A stretch of 64,000 bases of DNA from Nitrospirota bacterium (GCA_013152485.1 JAADGG010000067.1:15902-79901), one strand, 5' to 3'; counted from the first letter of the stretch, positions 37,248 to 44,969 are shown. The notes: generated by a model not told the origin, from the letters alone. Numbers and translations: made by a program.

Positions 37248-38362
37248 AGAGAGAGTGGATACTGGAGAAGAACCACATATCCTACTGGCTGAGGCAGTTG
37301 AGGAAGGATAGGGACCTTGTCGGCCCGCTGCGCAACGAGGGCAAGGACGTCGTCTTCATGACCGTCGAGCAGATACACGAGGTGGTGCTTGATCTTCCGG
37401 CGTCGCTTCCTTCGCCCAAGGAGTTCCTGTTCCCCCAGTACGAGTCCATGTTGAGGTTCAACGTCTCGGGTAAGGTCCCGGTGGCCGGCCCGGGAGCTAA
37501 AACCGTTTCTCCCGGTGCGTGTGTGGAGTGCTCACGGGAAGGTGACCTCCTCGACCTGGCGGACAGGAGGAGACGGCTCGTCTTCGGTGTCAGGTCCTGT
37601 GACGTCTCTGCCGTAAGGCTCCTCGACAGGTTCTTTCTCGAAGGATTCAGGGATCCTTATTACGAGCAGAGGAGGAAGAACATCCTGTTTGTCTCTATCG
37701 TCTGCAACAATCCCGATCCGACCTGTTTCTGCATCGGACTGGGGACGGGGCCTTACCTCGAAGAGGGCTTCGACATACAGCTGACCGATCTCGGGGACAG
37801 ATATTTCGTCCAGGCCTCCTCTGCCGAGGGGATAAGGACGGTCAAGGATATGTCGTTCCTCTTCCGCAGGCCCCGGAAGGCGGACCTCGATGACCAGTAC
37901 GAGGTGTTCCTCAGCGCGAAGGCGAGGTTTCACAAGCGGATAAGCCTCGAGAGTTCCAGGCGGGCCATTCTTGAAGGCAGGGTGAAGGACTCCTTCTGGC
38001 GGAGGGTGACCGAGAGGTGCTTCGAGTGCGGCGGGTGTGTCTATGAATGTCCGCTCTGTACGTGTTTCACTGTAGCCGACAGGAGATATCCCGACGCTGT
38101 CGAGCGGATCAGGCTTTGGGATACGTGTCTCTTCAAGGGGTTCACCAGGATGGCCGGCGGCATACTCCCGAACGGGAAAAGGATGCTGAGGACGAAGCGG
38201 TGGTTTTACCACAAGCTCGTCCACTACCCCGAGGTGTTTGACGAGTTCGGGTGTGTGGGCTGCGGCAGATGTGCCGTCACGTGTCCGGGAAGGATAGACA
38301 TGGCAACGATTGCAACTGAGATGAAGGGGCTCGACCTTGACGGAAGCGAGCAGCGTCCATGA
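37244..38362 (+). CDS. Fe-S subunit related to sulfhydrogenase beta (HydB) / anaerobic sulfite reductase AsrA
   Basis: The 372-aa protein has a 4-nt overlap with the upstream gene. It carries ..CFECGGCVYECPLCTC.. and ..CVGCGRCAVTCP.. Confidence 0.7.
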   Translation: MKREWILEKNHISYWLRQLRKDRDLVGPLRNEGKDVVFMTVEQIHEVVLDLPASLPSPKEFLFPQYESMLRFNVSGKVPVAGPGAKTVSPGACVECSREGDLLDLADRRRRLVFGVRSCDVSAVRLLDRFFLEGFRDPYYEQRRKNILFVSIVCNNPDPTCFCIGLGTGPYLEEGFDIQLTDLGDRYFVQASSAEGIRTVKDMSFLFRRPRKADLDDQYEVFLSAKARFHKRISLESSRRAILEGRVKDSFWRRVTERCFECGGCVYECPLCTCFTVADRRYPDAVERIRLWDTCLFKGFTRMAGGILPNGKRMLRTKRWFYHKLVHYPEVFDEFGCVGCGRCAVTCPGRIDMATIATEMKGLDLDGSEQRP

Positions 38363-38438
38363 AGCCCGGACGGGCCGTGCCGTCATGAGGCCGGCAGCAG
38401 TGCCTGTCAAGGTCGTCACCCGGGATGGTGAGTGAAGA

Positions 38439-39269
38439 ATGACGAGAAGCAGCAGCGGGAATGTATACGTGCCATTTGGCGGAAAGGTCGAGGTGGTGAT
38501 ACCCCAGGCGAGGGACATAAGCCTGTTCAGGGTGAAGACGGAGGCGCCGCTCGACTATGCGCCGGGACAGTTCTTCATGGTCTCTCTCTGGGGTGCCGGC
38601 GAGGTCCCGATATCCGTGGCATCGCTCTCCAGGGACGATGCCGTGGTGGATCTGTGCATAAGGCGGGCCGGAGCCGTTACGGGTGCGCTCCACGCCCTCG
38701 AGGCCGGCGACACCGTGTGGCTCAGGGGCCCCTACGGCAATGGCTTTCCCCTGGATACGTCGAGGGGCAGGGACGTCGTGCTGGTTGCCGGCGGGATAGG
38801 GCTGGCACCGCTGAGGCCGCTCATCGAGTGGTTCATGGAGAACCCCGGAGACGCCGGCCGTGTAACACTGCTTTACGGAGCGAAGAGCCCCGGAGAGATC
38901 GTGTTCAGGGACGAGATGGAGCAGTGGAGGGACAGGGGCATCGAGGTGCTTGTTACGGTGGACAGGGCCGAAGGCGGATGGGAGGGCCGTACAGGCCTGG
39001 TTACCGGGCTCTGGCAGGAGTTGCGTTCGGACCTGCAGCAGGCAACGGCCTACATATGCGGTCCGGAGGTTATGATTAGGGCGGCCATGGGTGAACTGTT
39101 CCTCCTCGGCATGCCCGAGGAGAGGATAATCACCACGCTCGAGGCACACATGAAGTGCGGTGTAGGTAAATGCGGCCACTGTTATGCAGGCCCGAGGTAT
39201 ATCTGCACGGACGGTCCAGTTTTTTCGTACAGGGAGGTAAAGAGTTACGGCCTCTTCCTATCCCGGTAG
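38439..39269 (+). CDS. FAD/NAD(P)-binding, 2Fe-2S electron-transfer subunit (HydG/AsrB/PyrK-like)
   Basis: It has ..PGQFFMV.., ..LVAGGIGLAPL.. and the C-terminal CGVGKCGHC..C cluster motif. Confidence 0.75.
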   Translation: MTRSSSGNVYVPFGGKVEVVIPQARDISLFRVKTEAPLDYAPGQFFMVSLWGAGEVPISVASLSRDDAVVDLCIRRAGAVTGALHALEAGDTVWLRGPYGNGFPLDTSRGRDVVLVAGGIGLAPLRPLIEWFMENPGDAGRVTLLYGAKSPGEIVFRDEMEQWRDRGIEVLVTVDRAEGGWEGRTGLVTGLWQELRSDLQQATAYICGPEVMIRAAMGELFLLGMPEERIITTLEAHMKCGVGKCGHCYAGPRYICTDGPVFSYREVKSYGLFLSR

Positions 39270-40598
39270 CAGCTCCAGGTTCTTCATCCTCGTCCTGAGC
39301 TGTTTGCGGCTTATGCCGAGCAGGGTGGCCGCCCGTGACTGGTTCCAGGAGGTCTTCTCGAGGGCCTTCAGAATGACGCGCTTCTCCATCTCGACGAGAT
39401 TGAAACCGTCGGATTCGAACCTTGATTCTTCGGCAACCAGTATGAGCTTGCGGGGGAGACAGTCGATGGTTATCTTTTCGTAAGGGCATAGAATCACCGC
39501 TCGCTCGACGACGTTCTCGAGCTCCCTGACATTGCCGGGCCAGTCGTAGTTTATGAGGATCTCCGTGACCTTTGAGTCGAACCCGGTGATCTCCTTTTTG
39601 TTCTTCTTGCTGAAGAGGGAGAGGAAGTGTGAGGCGATTATGGGGATGTCCTCCTTCCTTTCCCTGAGCGGCGGCATGTGGATGGTTATCACGTTCAGCC
39701 TGTAGTAGAGGTCCGCCCTGAACTCGCCCTTTTCGACCGCCTCCTCTATGTTCCTGTTCGTGGCGGCAAGGATGCGCACGTCGACCTTGATCTTCTTCTT
39801 GCCGCCGAGCCTGTGGACCTCTTTCTCCTGGAGGAACCGGAGCAGTTTTTTCTGGAGCGTGAAATCGAGGTCTCCGATCTCGTCAAAGAATATGGTGCCG
39901 CCCTCTGACATCTCTATGAGACCCACCTTGTTGTCGTAGGCACAGGTGAAGGCCCCTTTCTCGTATCCGAAGAGTTCGCTCTCCATGAGTTCAGGCGGTA
40001 TGGTCGTGCAGTCTATGGGAATGAACGGACTGTTCGCCCTCAACGAGGTGTAGTGCAGTGCGCGTGCAACCAGTTCTTTTCCCGTGCCGCTTTCGCCCAG
40101 TATGAGGACGGCGGCGTCGGTCTTGCTGACACGCTGGATCATGGAGAAGACTTCCTGTATGGCCGGAGACTTGCCGATTATGTTCAGAAACTGGTATTTG
40201 CCCGGTGTATCCTCTCTCGAATCCATCGCCCACTCCCTCTTCTGCAGGGCATCCCTTACCATGGATATCATGATATCTATATTTACGGGTTTTGTCAAAT
40301 AGGTGTATGCCCCCTTCTTCATGGCGTTCACCGCCCTCTCTATGGTTCCGTAGGCGGTCATCAGGATGACGGGCATGTTCGGGTTTCTCGCCTTGATCTC
40401 CTCGAGCAGGGCCTCGCCGTCGATGCCCGGCAGCTTGTAGTCCGATATGACGAGGTCTACATCGTTGTTTTTGAACCTGGAGATCGCCTCCTCTCCGGTC
40501 CTGGCCGTCTCCACGTTGAACCTCTCCTTCCTGAGAGACGCCGAGAGCACCTTCAGGGAGTTTATCTCATCGTCTACTATGAGTATGGTGTGTTTCAT
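39258..40598 (-). CDS. Sigma-54-dependent response regulator (NtrC family: REC, AAA+, Fis-type HTH)
   Basis: It has a receiver domain (ILIVDDE..DLVISDYKLP), a Walker A motif (GESGTGKE), a GAFTGA-position motif that reads GAFTCA, and a C-terminal HTH (AATLLGISRKQLRTRMK). Confidence 0.9.
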   Translation of the reverse strand: MKHTILIVDDEINSLKVLSASLRKERFNVETARTGEEAISRFKNNDVDLVISDYKLPGIDGEALLEEIKARNPNMPVILMTAYGTIERAVNAMKKGAYTYLTKPVNIDIMISMVRDALQKREWAMDSREDTPGKYQFLNIIGKSPAIQEVFSMIQRVSKTDAAVLILGESGTGKELVARALHYTSLRANSPFIPIDCTTIPPELMESELFGYEKGAFTCAYDNKVGLIEMSEGGTIFFDEIGDLDFTLQKKLLRFLQEKEVHRLGGKKKIKVDVRILAATNRNIEEAVEKGEFRADLYYRLNVITIHMPPLRERKEDIPIIASHFLSLFSKKNKKEITGFDSKVTEILINYDWPGNVRELENVVERAVILCPYEKITIDCLPRKLILVAEESRFESDGFNLVEMEKRVILKALEKTSWNQSRAATLLGISRKQLRTRMKNLELLPG

Positions 40599-42331
40599 CT
40601 CTTCAGAGGCAGAAACAGGGTGAACGTGCTCCCCTTGCCCGGGGCGCTCTCGACCATTATGTCACCGCCGTGCTCCTTGGCTATCTTCCTGGATATGGCC
40701 AGTCCCAGCCCCGTTCCGCGCGTTCTGGTCGTGAAGAACGGATTGAAAATGTTTTCCATGTCTTCTGCTCCGATCCCCTTGCCGTTGTCTTCGACCGAAA
40801 GAAGCAGCCCCCTGCCCGACATAGCGGTCCTGACTTTGATTTTACCATTTTTCTCCACTGCATCAAAAGAATTGATCAGGAGGTTTATCAGTACCTGCTT
40901 TATCTGGTGGTAATCGAAGGGGATCTCGGGGACCTCCCGGTCCAGACGGGTTTCGATCATTATCCCCTGCTCCTCGCTCTCCTGTCTCAGGAGGTCGAGG
41001 GTTTCCATGACCAGCTTGTTGATGTCTGACGGCCTCGGTTCTGGTTTGACGGGTTTTGCAAAGTCGAGCAGTGTAGTGGTCAGCTTGTTTATCCGCGCCA
41101 CCTCGTCATAAATGACCTTGAGGAATTCCCTGATGAGGCTCCCCCTGAAATTCTTCTGTATGTACAGGGCGGCCCCTCCTATCGCATTGAGTGGATTCTT
41201 GATCTCATGTGCGAGCGTGGCTGCCAGTTCCCCGGTTGCAGCAAGCCTGCTCAGCCTGTCCTGTTCTGAAAGCGAGTGGCTCAACTTGACGACCATGTCA
41301 TTGAAGGCCCTCGAAAGCTCGCCGATCTCATCGTTGCCCTGAACCTCTATCTGCTTGTTGAAGCCCTCCTCCGCAAGCCTGTCAACGGCGTCCTTGAGGT
41401 TGAGCAGGGGGCGTATGAGCCGTATGATCAGTCCCAGTCCGAACAGCAGTGCAGAGGCGAGGGTTATCAGGAGCAGAAGAAATACCATGAGCCTCCTTCC
41501 AACGAGGTGTATCGGGCTGATGTTTTCGTAGAAGACGACCATGCCGAAGACGAGCAGCGGGATGGCGGCGAGGAGGCTGAATGCCGTCAGCGCCCTGTAG
41601 AGCATGCTCTCCTTCAGTCCGAGGATCGACTCCCTGGTCATACTGAAGAAGAGAATTCCGAACCCTACCGGCCTGAAGAGATGGCCGTATATCCAGGCTG
41701 CCGACCCTATGGGGGCGGGAAAGAAGAGCAGGACTGCGGATATGCATATCAGCGCGTGTCCGAGCGCTGTGTGCAGATGTGTCCTGAGCCTCGTGTTGTA
41801 GAATGCCGCGATGTAGATCATGCAGACAACGCCGGATAGGTACGAGACGATGATCCATACCAGAGGCCTGAATTCCCCGAAGATGGGGAATCTCTCGTAG
41901 ACTCCCGGATACAGCAGGGCCAGCAGCGGAAGATAGAGCAACGGGAAGGTCCGCTCCCTCCACGGTTTCTCTGCGGAGACCGCCACAATCAGTGTGAGGA
42001 GGCCGAGGCAGTAGCCGAGGAGTGTCTGGTAGAGGATGTTTTCATCCAGCCCGGCGGTGTGTATGGTGGCGTGTATCAGGCTGCTGATGCCGAGTACCGC
42101 AAACCCCGTACCGAGTAGGAACAGCCTGTTCTTCTTCTCCCTGTCAAGGAGCTGCGCCTCTGAACGGGAGATGGACAGGACCCTGACCGCGAGAGTGAAG
42201 CATATCAGCGCTATCGCATACTCTTCTCCTATATGATAAAACAGCCAGTTCATAAGGACGGTGAAACGTCGAGGCCGGAATGTCTCCAAAGCAGCTGCAT
42301 CTATATCTACATTAAAGCATAGGCGGGGCAT
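40595..42331 (-). CDS. Polytopic membrane sensor histidine kinase (multi-TM sensor, HAMP, HisKA, HATPase)
   Basis: It has about 8 N-terminal TM helices, an H-box (LAHEIKNPLN), and N and G boxes. It overlaps the regulator gene by 4 nt. An alternative start is possible at 42253. Confidence 0.85.
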   Translation of the reverse strand: MPRLCFNVDIDAAALETFRPRRFTVLMNWLFYHIGEEYAIALICFTLAVRVLSISRSEAQLLDREKKNRLFLLGTGFAVLGISSLIHATIHTAGLDENILYQTLLGYCLGLLTLIVAVSAEKPWRERTFPLLYLPLLALLYPGVYERFPIFGEFRPLVWIIVSYLSGVVCMIYIAAFYNTRLRTHLHTALGHALICISAVLLFFPAPIGSAAWIYGHLFRPVGFGILFFSMTRESILGLKESMLYRALTAFSLLAAIPLLVFGMVVFYENISPIHLVGRRLMVFLLLLITLASALLFGLGLIIRLIRPLLNLKDAVDRLAEEGFNKQIEVQGNDEIGELSRAFNDMVVKLSHSLSEQDRLSRLAATGELAATLAHEIKNPLNAIGGAALYIQKNFRGSLIREFLKVIYDEVARINKLTTTLLDFAKPVKPEPRPSDINKLVMETLDLLRQESEEQGIMIETRLDREVPEIPFDYHQIKQVLINLLINSFDAVEKNGKIKVRTAMSGRGLLLSVEDNGKGIGAEDMENIFNPFFTTRTRGTGLGLAISRKIAKEHGGDIMVESAPGKGSTFTLFLPLKR

Positions 42332-42340
42332 AAATCAAAC

Positions 42341-42382
42341 GGTCGCATTAGATCATGAAAAATGTCCGCAAACAGTATCCGG
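42341..42382 (-). repeat. Intergenic motif B, copy 1
   Basis: The reverse complement (CCGGATACTGTTTGCGGACATTTTTCATGATCTAATGCGACC) matches 45154-45195 at roughly 85% identity. Confidence 0.85.
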
Positions 42383-42406
42383 TCAGATCAAAAAGTGTCC
42401 CTGAAA

Positions 42407-42469
42407 CAACACCGTCCGATAAAGAGTGTAAGTCATGGCAGGAGAATGAGTGAAGAGTCTGTCATATCG
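42407..42469 (-). repeat. Composite repeat: motif C followed by motif A, reading on the minus strand
   Basis: The reverse complement (CGATATGACAGACTCTTCACTCATTC|TCCTGCCATGACTTACACTCTTTATCGGACGGTGTTG) matches 48105-48130 plus 48159-48196. The right-hand 38-nt block (TCCTGCCATGAC...GGTGTTG) is identical in both copies. Confidence 0.9.
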
Positions 42470-42680
42470 CTACCTTCCCGTAATCGGGCTTTTTTATCTA
42501 TGTGTCCGGGCGGCAGTTTACCGGACTTTGTCCTGCATTGTGAAAGGGTTACCGTATCTGTTTGCCGACGTAAGAACGGTTCCCCTGTTTTTACCGGACA
42601 CTGCTGTATCCAAACAACGGCTCATCTTTGAGCTGACGGGCGGTAGGGGGGCGGATTGTCCGTTACGGCACAGACGATTC

Positions 42681-42712
42681 CCGGCTCCTGTGCCGAACGG
42701 GACAGGAGCCGG
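42681..42712. promoter_or_regulatory. Perfect 11-bp inverted repeat (CCGGCTCCTGT-N10-ACAGGAGCCGG), a candidate enhancer (UAS) site
   Basis: Seen directly in the sequence. It is centred about 140 nt upstream of the sigma-54 promoter at 42838. Confidence 0.4.
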
Positions 42713-42837
42713 TGGTTGGCGGGAAGCGGACCGGGTGGGGACGTTCAGTCCCGGAAGCACGACCAGCCAAGGAAAATGAGCGGTCGGGCCGGACCTCGAT
42801 GCTCGGTGTGCCGCGGACTGCCCCGGATCCCGCATTC

Positions 42838-42853
42838 TGGCATCTTCTTTGCT
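42838..42853 (+). promoter_or_regulatory. Sigma-54 (-24/-12) promoter TGGCAT-N5-TTTGCT
   Basis: TGGCATCTTCTTTGCT fits the TGGCAC-N5-TTGCW consensus with correct GG/GC spacing. It ends 30 nt before the GTG start of the TusA-like gene. A sigma-54 activator gene lies divergently. Confidence 0.7.
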
Positions 42854-42882
42854 GTATCTGTTTCTCCTGTAAGGAGCCTGCG

Positions 42883-43119
42883 GTGGCGAGAAATATCAGG
42901 GTTGACAAGATACTGGATGTCAAGGGGCTTTCCTGTCCCGGACCGACCGTCTTGACGATGAAGGCGCTCGAGGGCATGAAGAAAGGCAGGGTGCTCCAGG
43001 TGATAGCCAATGACACCAGTGCGGTGATCGCCATTCCGTCTCTGTGCAGAAATACCGGCTATGAACTGCTTGAATTCAGGGAAGAGGAAGGAACTCTGTA
43101 TTTTTTCATCAAGAGTTGA
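42883..43119 (+). CDS. TusA/SirA-family sulfur carrier (second copy in the window)
   Basis: The 78 aa from the GTG at 42883 (AAGGAG lies 6 nt upstream) carry the CPxP motif ..VKGLSCPGPTV.. The upstream part of ORF 42712..43119 has no homology-like features. Confidence 0.8.
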   Translation: MARNIRVDKILDVKGLSCPGPTVLTMKALEGMKKGRVLQVIANDTSAVIAIPSLCRNTGYELLEFREEEGTLYFFIKS

Positions 43120-43204
43120 GACGGACGTCTTGGAGAGAGCCTTTTCGGTTTTCACAATGCCTCAAGAGTACCCCTCCCCAAAGCCTTGCCATTCACAAGA
43201 GGGC

Positions 43205-43232
43205 TTCACGCCTTGGAGGCGTGAATCGTTTT
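43205..43232 (+). terminator. Hairpin TTCACGCC-TTGGA-GGCGTGAA followed by TCGTTTTG
   Basis: Seen directly. It is the first of two tandem terminator-like hairpins after the TusA-like gene. Confidence 0.45.
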
Positions 43233-43258
43233 GATGGATGGTCAGGTTCGTCAGACTC

Positions 43259-43295
43259 GATCAAACCCGGCGTTGCCGGGTTTGATCACTTTTTT
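43259..43295 (+). terminator. Intrinsic terminator: 13-bp stem GATCAAACCCGGC-GTT-GCCGGGTTTGATC plus a T-tract
   Basis: The stem is perfect and is followed by ACTTTTTTCC. Confidence 0.75.
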
Positions 43296-43332
43296 CCTCT
43301 GTTCAGGATCTCTGACAAACGTCGCCGGGTGA

Positions 43333-43830
43333 CTATCTCAGGTTTGTAAACTGGATGTGTATCCCGAAGTCCTTTCCCTTGAGACCGGACATGACGGTCT
43401 GCAGGTCGTCTATCTTTTTCCCCTTGACGCGAACCTGCTCTTTCTGGATCTCGGGGGAGACCTTCAGCTTCAGACCCTTTATGAACTTCACTATCTCCTT
43501 CGCCTTGTCCTGGGGAATGCCCTGCTGAAGGGTTATCACCTGCCTGACCGTATCTCCGGTGGCGGGTTCCACCTTGCCATAGCTCAAGGCCTTCAAGGAT
43601 ACCCCTCTCTTTACGAGCTTGGCCTGCAGTATGTCGATGACGCTCTTGATCTTGTGCTCGTCATCGGAGATCAGCGTGATGACCCCCTTGTCCTTGTCGA
43701 GCTTTATGCTGCTCTTGCTTCCCTTGAAATCGAAACGCTGGCTTATCTCTCTCATTGCCTGGTTCACTGCGTTGTCGACTTCCTGCATGTCCACTACACA
43801 TACGATGTCAAAAGAATGAGTTTCAGCCAT
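43333..43830 (-). CDS. yajQ: YajQ-family (UPF0234) nucleotide / c-di-GMP-binding protein
   Basis: The 165-aa protein has ..[23 protein letters not shown].. and ..IQFTNLR at the C-terminus. Confidence 0.9.
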   Translation of the reverse strand: MAETHSFDIVCVVDMQEVDNAVNQAMREISQRFDFKGSKSSIKLDKDKGVITLISDDEHKIKSVIDILQAKLVKRGVSLKALSYGKVEPATGDTVRQVITLQQGIPQDKAKEIVKFIKGLKLKVSPEIQKEQVRVKGKKIDDLQTVMSGLKGKDFGIHIQFTNLR

Positions 43831-43845
43831 TCGCTCCCTCCTTGA

Positions 43846-44298
43846 TTATTCCATCTTCTGTGCCTTGACGGAGAGATAGTATGCAACCATCAAGACCAGT
43901 ATGACGATCGTGCTCAGCCCTATCTCGTAGAGTTTTTCCACGGGTACATGCTCCATGGTGGAGGTCTGGGCCTCTATCAGGAGTATCCTTCTGACCGCAG
44001 CTATCATGCCTATGGCGAGAAACGGACCGAGCAGGAACTTCTGTTTCTTCAGGAACCTTATCACGGTCCATAGCAGTTCGAGAATTATCAGCGCCAGGAG
44101 AACGTCGTTCACAAGGCGTATTATGGAGTCGCGGGACGGATGGATGATGTTCAGCACGGCAAAGTAGAACATGAAACTGCATGCCACAAGCAGCAACAGG
44201 GCGGCAAATATGTGAAACAGGATGTCCGCCTTTATGAAGAACTTCCGGAATCTTTCCGACAGATGTCTTTTCTGAACCATGACCCCCTTACAATGCAC
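43846..44298 (-). CDS. psiE: PsiE-family (phosphate-starvation-inducible) membrane protein
   Basis: It has four TM helices and ..ILELLWTVIRF.. / ..IGMIAAVRRILLIE.. An alternative ATG start is at 44280. Confidence 0.7.
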   Translation of the reverse strand: MHCKGVMVQKRHLSERFRKFFIKADILFHIFAALLLLVACSFMFYFAVLNIIHPSRDSIIRLVNDVLLALIILELLWTVIRFLKKQKFLLGPFLAIGMIAAVRRILLIEAQTSTMEHVPVEKLYEIGLSTIVILVLMVAYYLSVKAQKME

Positions 44299-44414
44299 TT
44301 GCTCAGACGTCGCCGTTGTCCCGTATATGATACAGGATTCGGGCGTTTTTTATCCCTCCTGCGTGTGCACGCCGGTCACACGAAGGCAGGAGGGAGCGGT
44401 TGTGAGGTTTCCTG

Positions 44415-44969
44415 CTACTTCGCCTTGTATCTCATGCCGGGCTCGGGCTCTATTCCGAGGCTGTCCATGACCCGGTTCGTGTAGTTGAAGTAACCGATGA
44501 GTTGTGCCGCATCGAGGATGTCCTCGTCGGCAAAGCCGCTTGCGCGAAGGACCTCAACGTCGGTTCTGCTTATCTCCTTCGGCGTGAGCGTCAGCTTGGA
44601 CGCGAAGTCGAGCAGCTTCTTGGTTGCCGGGTCGAGGCTGGAATTCCGGTAATCATCCTGGATCCTCCTGACCTCGTCATCGTCTTTGATCTCTTCACGG
44701 AGATCCGGTTCGTGACTCTCCATTCAGTAGAAGCAGCCGTTGAGTTTAGAGACCACCGTAGCGATCAGCACCCGCTGCAGTTTGCTCAACCCCCCCGGGC
44801 TGTCCATGAGATGACGGTACAGTTTCCTCCCGATCGCCATGGTCTCGGGCCTGAGGCTCTGGACCTTCACCAGGTTGAGCACATGCCCTGACTTGGCACG
44901 GGTCTCTTCATAGATCTCCGCCAACAGACCCGTTGCGTCCTCTTCTGGTACCGTGCGGATCCAGCTCAT
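44415..44969 (-). CDS. AhpD/carboxymuconolactone-decarboxylase-family 'peroxidase-related' protein with an in-frame TGA (probable selenocysteine, CxxU)
   Basis: ORFs 44724..44969 and 44415..44723 are contiguous in one frame and separated only by the TGA at 44724-44726. The joined product reads ..VVSKLNGCFY[TGA]MESH.., which aligns with the family motif ..N.C.YC...H, so the TGA falls exactly on the second Cys of CxxC. A strong SD (AAGGAGG) precedes the ATG at 44969, and none precedes the internal ATG. Confidence 0.8.

Noticed and set aside
39258-39269. A convergent 12-nt overlap of the HydG-like and NtrC-family gene ends. A similar 14-nt overlap lies at 47559-47572 (TolC/HEAT).
   Set aside because: Short 3'-3' overlaps are common in compact genomes. 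No hairpin or other feature suggests a special function.
39405-39435. A GGTTCGAATCC T-loop-like string on the minus strand, which could suggest a tRNA.
   Set aside because: It lies inside the well-supported NtrC-family CDS (..ESRFESDGFN..). No acceptor, D or anticodon arms can be drawn around it.
42712-42882. The N-terminal 57 codons of ORF 42712..43119, which would make a 135-aa TusA-like protein.
   Set aside because: That stretch is Arg/Pro/Gly-rich with no TusA homology. It contains the sigma-54 promoter itself, and a good SD-GTG start exists at 42883.
44721-44726. The alternative reading of the TGA-ATG junction as two separate small genes, or as a pseudogene.
   Set aside because: Neither half alone would be a complete CMD-fold protein. 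The stop falls exactly on the catalytic Cys column and the downstream ATG has no SD. The pseudogene possibility is kept as the refutation condition of the selenoprotein finding.
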